A stretch of DNA of 63,103 bases, the filler included, from Basidiobolus ranarum (lineage: Eukaryota): NCBI GenBank assembly GCA_040143965.1. It is 3 parts of 3 records of this genome, joined end to end, with 100 filler letters (N's around TTAATTAATTAA, not from the genome) between each part and the next. Parts side by side here need not be neighbours in the genome. Positions count along the whole stretch, not along the records: positions 1 to 21,030 come from JASJQH010000215.1; 2 more parts are not named here. The stretch is one strand, 5' to 3'. Below are positions 1-14,400 of this stretch, piece after piece. Position 1 is the stretch's first letter, and every line of letters begins with the position of its first letter. The position numbers and the translations under genes were made by a program. The notes under the pieces are model-generated. The model saw only the letters and a list, made by a program, of their open reading frames with translations, made no database searches and was not told the DNA's origin.

Positions 1-1420
1 CTGCCATCATTATCAACGAGCTAAGATAACCGTTAGAGATGGCGAATAGTAGGAGGAACATCATATATACGTAGTCATTCCCAATGATTAGTGGTAGGTA
101 GTTTTGGCCATTGAATTTGAGATTACTAGTTAGAAAGATTGGTATAAATATAATACGTCCAAGCGAGCCTAGTAATAATTTTCTTTCGTTCGTAAATACG
201 AAATATTCGTTACTAGGCAAACCCCTTCCAATCCAATCTCCTAGATTGAATACCAGAAAGTGAAACTCGATAAATAGCTCTTTGAATAGACCTTGACCGT
301 AAGAGGCTCTAATTTTAGACGTGATAGATGGGAACAACCCAAGTGTGACAAGAAATATCAGAATTATAGCAAATACGAGTGATCGAACAGAGTAGAAAGT
401 CTGTGAAATTGTTTGTCTGTTGTTGACTGAATTTGCCCGAGGATTGTTGCGCTGACTTTCCTCCAAAGCACTCTTTTGGGCTATATAGAACTCGAATAAT
501 GGTTGCCGCTCCAACACGTAGTAAGATCCAAGCGAAATCACTGCAACCAATAGTGAGCATATAAAGTATAGAAAGACTCGATATTGAAGTGCATCATCTC
601 CATTTCCAGTGCTACTTGAGTTCTTGGCAGCAATAGCACTGATGATTTGAGTAGCTGCTACAGAAGTTCCTACAAACCCTTGCCCGCTTAAATCACAATG
701 TCAATCATTGAGTGATAATCTAATTTTATAAGTGAATGAGGAATATGTTACCTCATGACAGCCTGCATATATATCGGTGCGAAGTCAGATACTAAACCAA
801 ATACTGCATTTTGTAAATATGATGTGGTGGCTCCAGAAATAACTAGCAATACCATCACTAGATAGAAAGAAGCTTCGGCAGTGATTTGTGAATTTAACAC
901 TAAGTAGATACATAAAGCGAATATCAAGACGTTGATGACGAGAGAACTGACGATTCTACGGGGGAAATTTGCCTAATAGAATTTTAAGTATGGGTTCAAG
1001 AGCATTACTGATTATTTGACTAACCTCTTTCTGAGTTACCAAAGCCCAAGTTAAGAAACCAAGGTTTGAAGTCATGAAACATACTGAAAAGTAATTTTGG
1101 AAATTGTTGGCGTACGCGGATCCTTGAAACTTCAAATGAAAATATTCTGAAGCCGTTATGAAAACTAGAAGACTTTGTAAGTATACATGAAGATCTCCAA
1201 CAAATTGTTATGAATTTAAGCTAATACCGTTCCAAGGCAACAACATGGCAGCTCCTTGTAAAAGGAAAATAAAATATACCAAACGATAATGATCAGGGGG
1301 AGGCTGTAGTAAAGGTACAGGGATTAACTCTTCTTCAGAGTCAATATCAAAATCGTCTTCTGTAGGTTGAACATAATCTCTGTGTGTAATTTTAGACGCC
1401 ATTATGGGGTCAGTTTCCAT
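1..1420 (-). CDS. Equilibrative nucleoside transporter (ENT/SLC29, Fun26-like), multi-exon, runs off the window start
   Basis: The first exon encodes PPPDHYRLVYFIFLLQGAAMLLPWN. After a GT-AG intron it continues FITASEYF...NNFQNYFSVCF, then LQNAVFGL...PIYMQAVM/GQGFVG. These are typical ENT motifs. Confidence 0.92.
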
Positions 1421-4416
1421 ATTATAGGTTGAACAGAGATAGAGTTCTTTATAGTAAATACAGGTTAAGGTGTGATAAGAGCAGAAAAGAAAGGACAAAA
1501 TGGATTAATTTACAAATGTTTGAATTTTATAGGAGAATTTATGGCGCAACACTTGATGATGTAGTCACTAAAATGATCAAACCCTCTAAGGAATTTTGTG
1601 ACTCTATTCGCACCCTTATTAGTAATTTGGCTCTTATGACTGCCTTTAGTATATGTGCTTGTAGTGATTCGCCATAGCATATTGGATGATCAGTATGGAA
1701 TTCAGGTGTAACAGGCATTCAATTATTTCTTGAAATTGATATATCACCTCTCCTAAGCTTTGGCCTAGTAATATATTCATCCACAATTACATTTAGTGCT
1801 GTTTCTTTCCTTCTCGATTGTTCGAAGCTCTAGACTGCATGAATGTGAGAAGCTTTGAAAATCTTGAGTTGACTTTGTTCGAATATAACATATGTTTTTG
1901 CAAGTTATGACTAAAATAGCCATTTTTAAGCCAGCAATATCCTAATATCACGGGTTAGTTTCCGTGACTAGTTCAAGAACCAGTAGGAGTTTTAATCAGA
2001 GTTTCCATTGATGCATGCTTAGTTGGCGAATATATTTGGCAGCAGAGAAGATTCATGTGAACAAGCATCAGAATATATCAGAGTCATCTCATTTGACGGT
2101 GTATATAGAAAAACAAGACAGCCTGTAGCAGTTGAGCCTGACGACGAAATGAAAGTATATGATTATATTTCATCGTTCCTTCTCAGCAAACCAGCGTTCT
2201 TTTTTGGAAGTGTGGTAGTTACTCTAACTCACGTGCCAACCCCTAAACCTACCCCGAGTTGGCTTTAAATTGAGATGCATAAGATCTGTTATACTAGAGC
2301 TCAACTGAACCTACGGACAAAAGATGTGTTCCCGTGATACAGAACATCTGGCAATGTGTAAAATATTCCAGGAGAAACAAGGCACAGCCGTATTGTTGTG
2401 ATAATACACCTTAACGATGAAAAAAGTGCTTGATCTATTTGTTCTGAGTGTTCAACGTTCTGTGTCAACAGTATGAGACATCAGAGTTGCTTACCTCTTA
2501 TTGGTAGATGATAAAACGGGCCATGCTATATGGCATCAAATTAACCTGATGCGTACCAAGAAGATACGTCTCCACTCGTGGGAAGCTCTGGTGACTGACC
2601 TTGAAGTGGTACTCATAATCTTCACTATAACAAGTAGTAATCGAGGAATATAGGTGAAATCACTAACAATACTCATGGATCTGAATAAATGGAGTTGATA
2701 AGTCATAGTTGGTCATACCAATACAATTAGCTTAGCTGGATGAAACATATTGTACCCCTGAGGTTTCGAAGACACAATTAACATCGGGCCTCGATTTGAC
2801 CACCAAATTGGATCATTTATTTATGAAAAAGAGCTAGTTTTTGTAGGTTAGAGTATGGAGATATTGATACAATACCAAAGTAGCAAGCATCCGTCAATCT
2901 TAGCTACCAGGATAACTTTGCTCAATGATTCTTTGCTGGGATTGTTGAAGTGCGTACCTAAATACGTACATATTTTATATCGCGTATTTATAGTGTATTT
3001 GAGCAGCATTGAGAGGTTAAATTCGAGGTACCTTGAGAATAGAACTCTCAAGCCAACACAAAATTCTTCAAATATTAGCTCATATCCCTGAACACTCTGG
3101 ACATACATTCTAGTCATTTCTCTTCGTCCCACTACCTGATATCATACTATATGACAACGTTTTGTACTGAGCAATCATATCCTCAACACTTGTAGTAAAT
3201 GAATAGTTGTAACATGCATGGCACTGACAAGATTTCAAAGGAACTGCAGGCTGCTTGAAGTAGAATGGTTATCCAAGGTTAGCAAGTCATACAATGTGAT
3301 TAGGGGGAACTTGGTATTTCTGCTGAGCTGAAGTTTTGCACATACAGATCTTGAGGGGTTTCGTAACTACCATTGAATATTTCGAAAACACAGGGTAGTA
3401 CTAATGCACAATCCGTAGTCTAATTTGTAATGTTGCCACTTTGGTGTATCTAGTATAAAGTATGCTTAGTAACTTCCTCTTTTGATTATCGGGAGGAGTG
3501 ACCATATATAGGAGTACCGTAATTAATGTATCTCAAAGGCTATTCATGTACATGTACATTCCGCTAACCCTGTTTTGAAACGAGTTAAACTACAAGATTC
3601 GTTTATTTCTTTGGCCTTTTATATATTCTCAAATCGATTCGGATCTTGTGCGAGCTGTGCTGAATGACTTAAAAGCACTTCCAAATAAACACATTCACTG
3701 TAGCTGAACTATATGTCAATCATCTTCCATAATAGCTGTACTTTAACCAACATTATTCATAGAGTTTCTTAAAGCTGGACTCAGCTTTTGGGCGTACCAG
3801 AAATGGTTAGCAATGTAAATAATGCTGATGAGAATTCAAAAATAGAATCAATACTTACTCATTGGCGTTGCCAAGATTTTTCAATAACACTACTGAATAG
3901 CCAATCATCGGTAAATAAAGACTATATCAGTGAACTAACAAAGCCTGGATTGACACTCATTCTCCATCAACCATAGCATGAAATCAAAAGCTGATCTGAC
4001 TGTTAAGCACCCTCTTCAAGGTACACAGGATAACAACCTGTAAAGCATATCAAGATAGGATTCAGACACCCCCAGTCAACTCCTTACTTAAATTAATACA
4101 AAGATTCCTCTCATCATTAGCACAATATCATCGAATTTTTAAAGTACTTGATTGAATTCGTTTATTTTACTAAGGATTTGAAAAGGTGAAAAGTTTTCTT
4201 TTAAACCAAAATCAATAATATGGATCCATGATAATCTCGACTTTACAGATCCAACCTTATTCAATATATAACCTAATGATTAAATATCTGATATTTTGAT
4301 ATCTGTCATGGTATATACTACGTAGATTCAGTCTCGATTGCACTTTAGTATCTCTTCCCCTGAACCAAGCTTATCAGTAAAATATCACGCGTTGACTTTG
4401 GAAGTCACTTAAAAAT

Positions 4417-5317
4417 ATGATGAACCGTATACTAGGAAGACCACCACCACCTGAGGAATTGGTAATTGTTCTTTAAACATTGTCTACTTCTTGTCAACTC
4501 TTTTATCTTTACTTTATCTCCTTAAAAGAAACCATCTAAATATGCCAATTCTTACCATTTCTTCACTCGTTATCCATACACTTCAAAACATATAGGTACG
4601 CAAATGGCGACAAAGTATTCGGGCACAAGAGCGCACCTTAGATAGACAAATCCGAGGGATCGAGTCGGAAGAAGTGAAAATCAAACGGTCCATGAAGCAG
4701 TTAGCCAAGAAAAAAGATATTACTAATTGCAAGATGTTGGCCAAAGAACTTGTTCGCTCAAGAAAACAAAAAGATCGTATTCACACAAGTAAAGCTCAAT
4801 TAAATTCAATAGTGATGCAACTACAGCAGCAACTTGGTAAGTCCTCTCTATTTCAACCATTCTGTATATTTCCCCTTTATTCAATGGGTTCTTTTTCTTT
4901 GTATAGCCACTTTAAAAGTTGCCGGCTCTCTTCAAAAAAGTACCGAAGTGATGACTTTGGTTAACCGCTTGGTTAAACTACCAGAAATATCTCAATCTAT
5001 GGAGACTTTGGCTATGGAAATGACAAAAGTATTCTTCAATATTAACAATATGGGTCAAAAGACTTTTTTATTGATCGATTTTGCTTTTGTAGGCTGGTAT
5101 CATGGAAGAGATGATAGGTGATACATTGGACGCCTTTGAGGATGACGACATCGAAGAAGAAGCTGATGAGGAAGTCAATAAGGTACTATTCCAAGTTACT
5201 GAAGGTTTACTTGGAGAAGCCGCACCTGTTGGTGCACCACTTCAATCCGAAGCTGAACCTGAAGAAGAACCAGAACTTGATGAAATGCAAGCTAGATTAT
5301 CTGCATTACGTGCGTAA
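4417..5317 (+). CDS. VPS24: ESCRT-III subunit Vps24/CHMP3 (Snf7 family), 4 exons
   Basis: Exon 1 4417-4461 ([15 protein letters not shown]), intron 4462-4595, then [20 protein letters not shown]...[48 protein letters not shown], and the C-terminal [14 protein letters not shown]. Confidence 0.95.
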
Positions 5318-6854
5318 ACATAAAATAGGCTAATGTTCATGTTCTTTATTTCTGATTAATTTTTCTTGTTTGTATTCAACCTTCCTCTACTTATCATGAA
5401 GTCAGTCCACAATAAATCATTGTCATAATTTATTACTTGGCATCATGTAATGTATACTCCCATATCCATTGTAAACTCTTTTATCTTCAATTTATGAAAA
5501 TTGGTTTTCTCTACGAAATGCATAAAACAGTAACGTGCTGAATACTTGGATAGAACATATGTGGAGAGCCAAAAACTCATTCAGGTCAGAATCATTCAAT
5601 AGTTTACTCAGAACAAAAACCATTTAACTTCAAAAAGTACTTGGTAATTGAGTAACATCATACTCTTTTATTATATGCTTCGACATACTTTCATCACGAT
5701 ATTGATCGAATATAACGGTTTCTATTGTCTTGTGCAGGCCACTTCACTTGTACGTCAGCAACCATCTTATTAGAAGGTCTGATGAGACTCATTATTATGT
5801 GGGATAGAAATATCGGTTTCAAATGGATATCAATCGCAAAACTTTAATATACACCTTGTAAACAATCAATTCAAAAAACCAACATATGGGTTTACTTGAC
5901 ATGACTTACCTCATCAACTCACTTGTCAGACCATACCTATAGTGACGATTTGTCTACATAGCTACAGCGCCAATCCCCATATATCACCTTATCTTGGTTG
6001 TATCCGTAGCCACACCAACGGCCTCGTTTGAAATCGGCTCACATTCTCTAATGGTTATACCAGAAGCCAGTGGTTGCCTCTCATGTGATGAGTAACAGAA
6101 CACCCATCACACTGCTGCAACTATATGAGGCCTTGAAACTGGTTCTATGAAGGATAATAACCAATATAGCCTAACAATTTAGCCGCAATAATGTGTTGAT
6201 ATGCAAGAATATTCGCATCATTGACTACCAATTCGGGGCTCATTCCAGCAGATAACCATTCAACATGAATCTCATGACATTATTTCGTGAATACTGCGAC
6301 ACCCTTCTCTATTTATGGATTTCTTGGAAAATACTTAATTTAGTCACCAATGGATGAATATTTTCACGAACCCCATGATATGTTTGAAATTCGTGAATTT
6401 ACCAATGAAATAAACTCTCGATTTTGGGGTTGCGATGGATTTTTAAAGTACTTTTACTTAATACAGCATGAGAACGAGCCACCATTGTTCCTCGTGGCCG
6501 ATGGTGCATGGGCATGAAGGGTGGGAGAGGATGGTGGTGATTCCCATTTTTCTATCCGGTAGAAATATCGAAGTAGCATGCGTGTTGTAACAGAGCACGC
6601 GCATTATAGAAGTAAATGTCGAGGATTGGCATAGCGCGAATTATGTTACAATACCTAGCAAAATTTAGGTCATACGTTATATCACAACAAAAGTTAAGCG
6701 TATAGATAGGTTCAAAAAAGTGGAGCGCTGTTAGGTCAGGTTGCGGAAAGTTGTTGAATCAAAGGGCAGAAGGCGGATGAAGATGCAAATAGCGATGCGA
6801 GTGGAAATATAATGGCTTACAATGTGCTACAAATAATGAAATCTCAGCATAATA

Positions 6855-7793
6855 TTAAAATATGCTAGTATTGAGGATTGTTGCGGACAACCATGATACA
6901 ATATCATATAAGTTATTGGCAACGGTAGCGCATTTATCGAATGTTAACAACATCTCCGAGGTTTGGGATGTTATTTCTTGACCTCCCTCATCAGAAGCTA
7001 CCCAGTAATCCTTTTCGAATATACCCAATTCATCTTCATCATATGCTGATAATATATCTGTGGAAGAGGACCAAGGATACTGATTTTCTCGGATGATAGG
7101 CTCCGGCTTTAACTTCGTTGGCTGAATTTTTAGAATAGTCGAGAAGGATTTACGAGTTGGATGCGTATGAAATATAATGCCTTCTTCATCTTCGCTAACA
7201 TCATCCTCATCCGAGCTAATGGCAACACATTGTTCTACTTGATTATTAAATCTCAGCTTAGGTCGATTGTCCTCGACTTTGATGGACTCTGGTCGTTCAA
7301 AAGACCCGACTTTACGAAGAAATACGGCAGATTTGGAAAGAGGTATGCGATTTAAAAACAAATCGCTAGAGTTGACCTTCTTAAGGACTGGTTTGAGTCC
7401 ACTAGGAGAGGTGGGAGACTTTAAGCATTCAGTATGAAGGATATTCCTATTTTGGGTATGGAAAGGTCCATATAGCCAAGTGATATCACTGTCTTTGAGC
7501 CTACATAAGCAAGAATGAGTTAATTGTACCAAGTATAAAAAGTCGTTTAAGAAATCTTACCAATTGAGCGATTCAGGAGTGACCGTTAAAAGGTTATTCC
7601 TTTGTTTTGCCCAGCTTCTCCAACAGGCATTCTCTAGGCGCGAACCATTATCAAGAGTTTTTTTTGATTTGGCAATGATTCTCCAAGACGCTGTAAGGTC
7701 TTCTTCTGTCCAGTTGTGAGATAGGTAGTCAACACAGACAGAGGGCTGTTCGGCAGGTATGGATTCCGAATATGACAGGTCGATGTGTTCCAT
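6855..7793 (-). CDS. DUF1752 / Reg1-like putative PP1 regulatory protein, 2 exons
   Basis: VDYLSHNWTEEDLTASWR...RLENACWRSWAKQRNNLLTVTPESLNW, an intron at ~7501-7560, then LKDSDITWLYGP and KLRFNNQVEQCVAI (RVxF-like site). Confidence 0.85.
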
Positions 7794-10700
7794 CGTGTAT
7801 GATTGACGTTGTGTAGTTATGAGAGTTAGAGGGTAAGATGAAGAAGCTTCAATATAAATATGAGGCTTTGAGTGTGATAATTGATCTTTAATGGAGAGTA
7901 AAAGTGGTTTCTCAAAAGAGTTAAGAGTGAGGATTAGACAAACTCATTAAACGACTCTGGAGAGGCGTTGTAGAAGTTCGGATAAGTAAGATCAGACTGT
8001 AGAGTGAACGACTAACAAGAGGGGAGAATTGAAATTTATATATCAGAGGAAGCGTATTGATTTGAAAATAGGGTGATAAGATTGTACTCGTTACCAACGA
8101 CCGATGATTCGACAAATACGGTATTAGAATTTGAAAGTTTTGAGAAAGAATAGCCTTCAGATGATAAAAGATAAGATGAAAGAGGGAGTGTGATAGAAAT
8201 TGAAATGGGTGAACGATGATTTGCTAGGTAGCCGGAACAGGTTTCAGTGTGCTTTACATTCAGTTGATGGAACATTATTCTCGATTTAATATGACAAAAC
8301 TAGTCAAATAAAGTTCGACTAGTGAGTTGGACAAAACCAACAGCTATATTAAATCCTTTTTTGATAAGCAATGATTTCTTAGCGAGCGCAAGAAACCGAC
8401 TTTGGCCGTGGTGTTTGAAATACTTGTCTGATACTGATCCAATATCTTTCGAAGGCGACGCACACCCAAGGTTATTCGGATGCGATGGCTCAGCATATTC
8501 TGAACCCGGAGGTCGTTGGCGTTCCATGGTTTAACCTCAATCTCTATGGTTCTATGAATAAACAATGATCTGATCCCACTTTCAGTCATCGCTCTCTGTT
8601 TATGTCTGAAAGCCAATGATCATAGAAAATCCATCGTGGCATCATTCTGGTATGTTTCATTGAGCCTAATTAGGCCGTGACAATGGAGAGTGTGGCCTTA
8701 GTTGCCCTAATCAACTAATTTAGAGCTTGCACTTGCTTAAGTTTGCCGCATTAGTGAGCTTACTCCCTGCGATCATACTTAATCTCAAACATCATGGTTC
8801 AGGGTCACTCGGTAGGGCATATTGGTTAGTCAGATTCATTAAGTATATTTACGACATCGCCTCACAGAGTGCTATTGTTGACAGTGTTCCACAGTTCGGA
8901 AGAACTTGGGCTGATCTTGGTAAAGTATGGGCATGCAGGAGCAACCAGCGCAGCACTGCAGCCTCAATTGACAAGATACGACAATCCATTCCATCTGATG
9001 CTGCAAATCCCACGTCACACAGCTTAGCTTGAAGTCCATATGCTCTGACTAGGTCTATATTTATCTTTATCTTACTAGAGTCTCTGAGAGAAACCGCGCG
9101 TGAGGGCTCATCCCAAAGTCTCCTTTCCGACCAAACCTCTGCACAAAGTTGAGCCAAAGGGTGTTTACGGAAGGCATGATGTAGCTGAATAAATCAAGTT
9201 TATCTTACTGTATGGTTAACATGCATTTTGAATCAATGATGAAACTTCTCAGATCGGGTGATTCGCTATCGGTTAAGTCTCATGCTGAACCTAGCCACTC
9301 TAGATACTGAAAATGAACTCACACTACTAAATGATTCAAGCTGACGATTGTGTCAATAAATTCTGGACAAGATAGTAGGCAAGCTGGAGTGTAGCAAGAA
9401 GCTGTAAAGCGCCAGTGAGTTTCAATACCTGCTGTATGATATCAAGATCTGACTCTTACCAGCTCCACACGCCAACTTTACAGAGCCGTAGCCACTGTTG
9501 ATTCTTGATCCGAAATCATGAAGTAATCCGGATAGAGTGGGATCATCGTTTACCAGGGAATGGGCACATACGTGGAAAACGAACTCCATATTCCATATCA
9601 GTATTTGAAGGTAGCCAAGCTTGAAAATTAACCGGATGGCAAAGGAGTGCAGCGAAGCACGTAATCTTCATGGCTCTATCCGACCTCAAACATCATCAAT
9701 AGGCAAACTCTTCTGAAAATACCAATTATCCGTGAACCGAAAGTCGCCGGATCACGGCCATTTGAAACCAAAGGATCAAACCCTCACATTTCCAAAGTCA
9801 ACACAACTCTTGCGGTATTGTTCCCATTGCCAGATTGGATGGTAACAGTATCTCCTGGGTCATCAAGAAAGGCCATATCTAGACCTCTAAAGCAAATTGA
9901 AATCCCAGATTCCTTCCAAAAGTGACTTCCTGCCAAGGTTGATCCGTACATAAACATCACTCCCTGCTTGATAATCAACAGAGAGGGAGAGAGAGCTTCG
10001 CACTCCAATTGCGTTACCACAATCCCCTCTCCACGTAAGCTGTACATGGTAAATTATATTTATATTGATTGCTGCTTAGATTTCTGTGATTCTCCAATCA
10101 AAATGTACACGCATCCTCACCATAATTTGCTTACTTGCCAATACTGTGTACACAATTGAAAGCAGTCGAAATCGCGTTAATAGAAAAGAATGCTACACAC
10201 ATAGCTATGTAGGCAATATTTCCAATCCCAGCAATGACTCTAGAAACTAGACCCTTATGATGTTTTGTCTCGGAACACGCTTTAGACAACAAAAGTGGCG
10301 GTTTGCACAAACAATCACAGTACCGGTTGGTTTTCAGTTCACATTTGGTATGTGATGTCTAAGTATCTGAAACCTAGATAATTGTACAAAGGAATCGAGC
10401 TACTCTGTCATTAATTCAGTTTCATTTGTATAGGAATCGCTATATATGATATCTTTCATATGCAATAGGAGGCAGTGCATGATGGTCAGATATCTATACA
10501 AGTTCTATCTTCTGGCCTTGTCGGAAAGCCCAATATTCCTCAGCTTAAATATAGTCTCAACGGAGCCAAGACGATAGGATTGATTTTCTACCTAGTCCAC
10601 AGCATCGGCTAAATATAGGTTACACCATTGCTTTCGACCATTAGAGTCTGATACTTGTTTCTGGTATGCGGCAGCCATTCACCTAGATATCTGAATTCTG

Positions 10701-11303
10701 TTTACTAATACAAGGTATTCCCCACATTTGCTTAACCTAAACGATCCCCAAACCAACACGATCACTTAAACACCATTTCGATCAAATTCATAAATATTGC
10801 TTTAAATAGCGTGATCAATCTTTATTGATTTCTTAGCTGCGTCTCACAATTGAGAATCTGGACTATACAGATGTAGTCTAATCAGTAAAGAGCGCTATTA
10901 TCTTTCTGAATCATTCAGATGTGCACTATGGTACCTGAGATTGTACTTAGCGCATGCCAATGATTTTACTAACACCACTACACTCATACATACCCATTGC
11001 TTTGACACACCTAGTTCAAGTACATAGAAATGCTTTACGATCTACGACCTTTGAAGTAAAACAAATTTCCGATCGAGGAATTATCATTTGCGATAAAACT
11101 ACGATCTGAGAGCAGTCGATTTAAGGTTAGCTGGTTCGAAGGAAATTTCTTACATGATGGACTAAAAGGTTACTGGCAATCATTGAGCCAGTAGCAAGGC
11201 ATGATCGACGGGAAGGGTGGCGCAATTACGAAAAGAAATATTGTCGACTATCCAGGTGTTATAAAAGGCACGGGTAGTTGTTGACAATGGAATTGGGAAG
11301 AGA

Positions 11304-12316
11304 ATGCTGTGTGTTTATATTTTAGAGAATTTGACAGGAACTACCAGAACCTATGTAGGTTTCACAGTGGACCTCCGGAGACGCCTAAGAAAGCACAATC
11401 GAGAGATTGTAGGGGGGGCGAGAGCCACCGAAGGTAAATATTGATTACTTCGTTTATAGCTAGTCAGTATTTGACGATAAACTTTCTAAACTACGAAGGT
11501 CGTTTATGGAAGCCATTTCTAGTGGTTACTGGCTTCCATACCAAGAAATGTGGGCTACAGCTTGAATGGAGAATAAAACATCCCCCTAGAACATGGTCGC
11601 AGTCGCGCTCAACATCGAAAGTATCGGGTCGTCGACGTCGTCGTAAGAATAATTCGAAAAGTATTATATATCCAAAATCACTATTCCCTCAAGCCAAACC
11701 ATCGAATATTTATAAAGAGAAATTTGTCAAAGTTTCTTGTGCTAAATTATCCAAAAAACTGTATCTAGCACATGCAGTATGTGCTATCCTACACCTTGAG
11801 AAGTGGACCACAAATGCCATCCCTCTAGCTGAACAGGGGAATATAGTACTCCACTGGGATGAAATAGATGATCTGAAGTCCATCAAAGCTCCATGGCCAG
11901 AAAGTATCGAACATAAGCAATTCGATTGGGCAAATTTCATTACTCAACCTTCGACCAGAGTCAAAAAAGATACCTCTAAGGATTCTATTCAAACCTCTGA
12001 CACCCCGTCTCAAGAGTTCGTATTAAACATGCGAATTGATCAGGATATCAATACTCAATCGGATGATATACCTCCGAATCCAGAAGACTCTTCCTTTGCC
12101 TCGCCATGCACCGATTCCTCTGCATCGCCCCTGACCCCATACAATCAAGATCACAGCCAGATTACGCCAGAGTCTCCTCTGCAAGCGAAATCTAAAAGTT
12201 TTCTTTCCGAGTTGACTCAACCACTACCTTCACCAGAGATCCCGCTGTTTGGTTTAAGACGATCACCAAGAATTAAGCGTTTGAACGAGAGGTTACTAGA
12301 TGAGGCCAGGCTATGA
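11304..12316 (+). CDS. Slx1-like GIY-YIG structure-specific endonuclease, 2 exons (intron 11434-11498)
   Basis: Exon 1, absent from the ORF track, reads MLCVYILENLTGTTRTYVGFTVDLRRRLRKHNREIVGGARATE. It splices in frame to GRLWKPFLVVTGFHTKKCGLQLEWRIKHP. YVGFT, RRLRxHN, GGA and LQxEW are Slx1 motifs. Confidence 0.88.
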
Positions 12317-12945
12317 ATTCCTTTAGAATATTGTCTTATTGATAAAATACTAGCTAATATGGAAAGCAATTCTAATTCAAAATCCCTCACTATATCCCAG
12401 ATACATTCGAAATAATGATAGGAAACTCTGGCTTAGTTTTAATTATATCGTCAATGGAAAGTCATAAGGTTAGACGACTTTGGTCCGTAAGTTTAATGGT
12501 TTTGAATTTAAAGGGTCTACTTGTTGAGCTATAAAATCTGCGCTCTTGATCTTTAGCCCTAGAAGATATTAGAGATGTACAGGATCATATTTGTGAGCAG
12601 ATATGGCATTAGGTGGAGATATCATTGTCTCCAAACTTGTATAACGAGCGTTACGTTTTCTTGAACCACATTGTACTGTATATATGATATTGGATGATTT
12701 AATCTAAAATATACGCCTCATATGGCAGTATCAGATATTCGCAGACTTGATCGGTTTCAATCCAATTTACACAATTATGTTGACGCATGGTCAAACGACG
12801 GCCTGATGGAACAGGTCTCATATATTTTAACTGCACAGTTTAATGAACATTGGTTTGCGACCTGAGTAGTATTGAGCTAAATCATTATCAACCAGTCTAT
12901 CCAAAACAGTCAAAGCGGTATTCTAATTTCAGGTTAGGAGAATAC

Positions 12946-14400
12946 TGTTGAAATATTAGAAAAAATTAGCGATTATTCATATGTATATTTCCTTAATATT
13001 TCATCAGTCAAAATCGTAATATCAATTTTGGATACATCACACGAATGTTGAGATAAAGCAAGATTTTCGAACTTGTCCAAAACTCTCCACCCTTTTTCAT
13101 CAACCTCCTTAACACTGTAGAAATATATCCCTGCTGATATAGATATCTATTTAAAACTTGTTGAAGTTTATTGCTTTTATCATATTTGTTATCCCTATCT
13201 TTATACACCTAACTATCCGATTTATAGCTATGTACTAAGCAATACAACATATATTTAGCGTATCTGTTAATTATTCAACTTGAAATTTCAAAGTAGTCAA
13301 GATTAACTCTAGGATATTCCACATCCACAGATGTTTTAAACACAACCATATTGCTCGTTTGTGTATTTCCACCACAAAGGATAGATACGACACCTTACTT
13401 CAATTAATACACACCTCTCAAGTTTATAATATCTCCATTTCTTAAATGCTCCTTCACAATGCTCAAATATTCACCATAAAGCTCATATAGTAAGTGGTGC
13501 AAAACTTCTACTCCTTCCACTAATCCTAAACACTTCAATTCATGCTAAATACTTACTACGTAAATACTATACCCTGAAAATGTTGTACAACCATATTTTG
13601 CACTTTTATTAGCTCCAGTATTCCAGCACTGAGAATTCTCTATTATTCATAAAAGCACCAAGGATATTCCATTGGCAATCATCTCTACTTATATGTTTCT
13701 TAAAATATTGATCCACGTGCCTATTTCATATTGAATCTTTACTCGGCAATATATTAAGAGCATCAAGTTTGTATTGAAACATAGACATCAATTGTTATTT
13801 TTTTTCCTGCCTTTATACGCCTAACTGTTTCACATATAGTATCTAAGTTAGCCAACATTGTCTAGTCATATATCACATGGTTCATACTTGGAGCATACAT
13901 TTAGGATATATGTGAAGTATTCAGGAATTAGAAATTTCAAACCTGAAGCTTCAGACTGATTCAAATCAGCCCCAGAACTGCTCATTTTCCTCCCACAGAT
14001 GTTCCAAACCTAGACCCATTGTTCGCTCTCAACAGCACTCACAAAGGTGCAAATGCTTTATTTTTGGTCAAAGAAATGATAATTCTCACATTCTGAGTAA
14101 CTCTATTTCCCAAAAATTCTTTTATCAATATCAAACTCACTCAAAAAGTCTAAACTTGTTATAACAGAGTATAAATGTGCTGTCCAAGAAATAATCGAAT
14201 TGAACTTGAATTTCAAAGTCATCCAGGTTTGCCTCCCCCTCCACCCAAAATGGCTCATATTACTCCGATAGGTTTTCTGAGCTTAAACTTGAGTTATTTT
14301 TTGTTTTATCTACAGAAGTAAAGCTACATTAGTTCTGTGACTTAAATCAACATATTGCAGGCTCAAAATCCCTTCATTCCTTAATCTTACTGAATATCAC
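12946..14400. mobile_element. Possible decayed transposon relic (AT-rich, no intact ORF); boundaries approximate
   Basis: Begins TGTTGAAA like the LTR-like repeats. Contains two diverged copies of a ccacagatgtt..aaac....attg.tcg....cacaaagg motif (~13325 and ~13994). A minus-strand translation near 13500-13720 gives a stop-interrupted VDQYF...SVLEYW...SKYLA, weakly resembling a hAT C-terminus. Confidence 0.3.

Noticed and set aside
1900-4300. Short ORFs between ENT and VPS24
   Set aside because: No recognisable product or splice-supported model.
8300-10159. Several 60-100 aa ORFs between the Reg1-like and Slx1-like genes
   Set aside because: No motifs or consistent exon structure; a faint kinase-like GSTLAGSHFW could not be extended.
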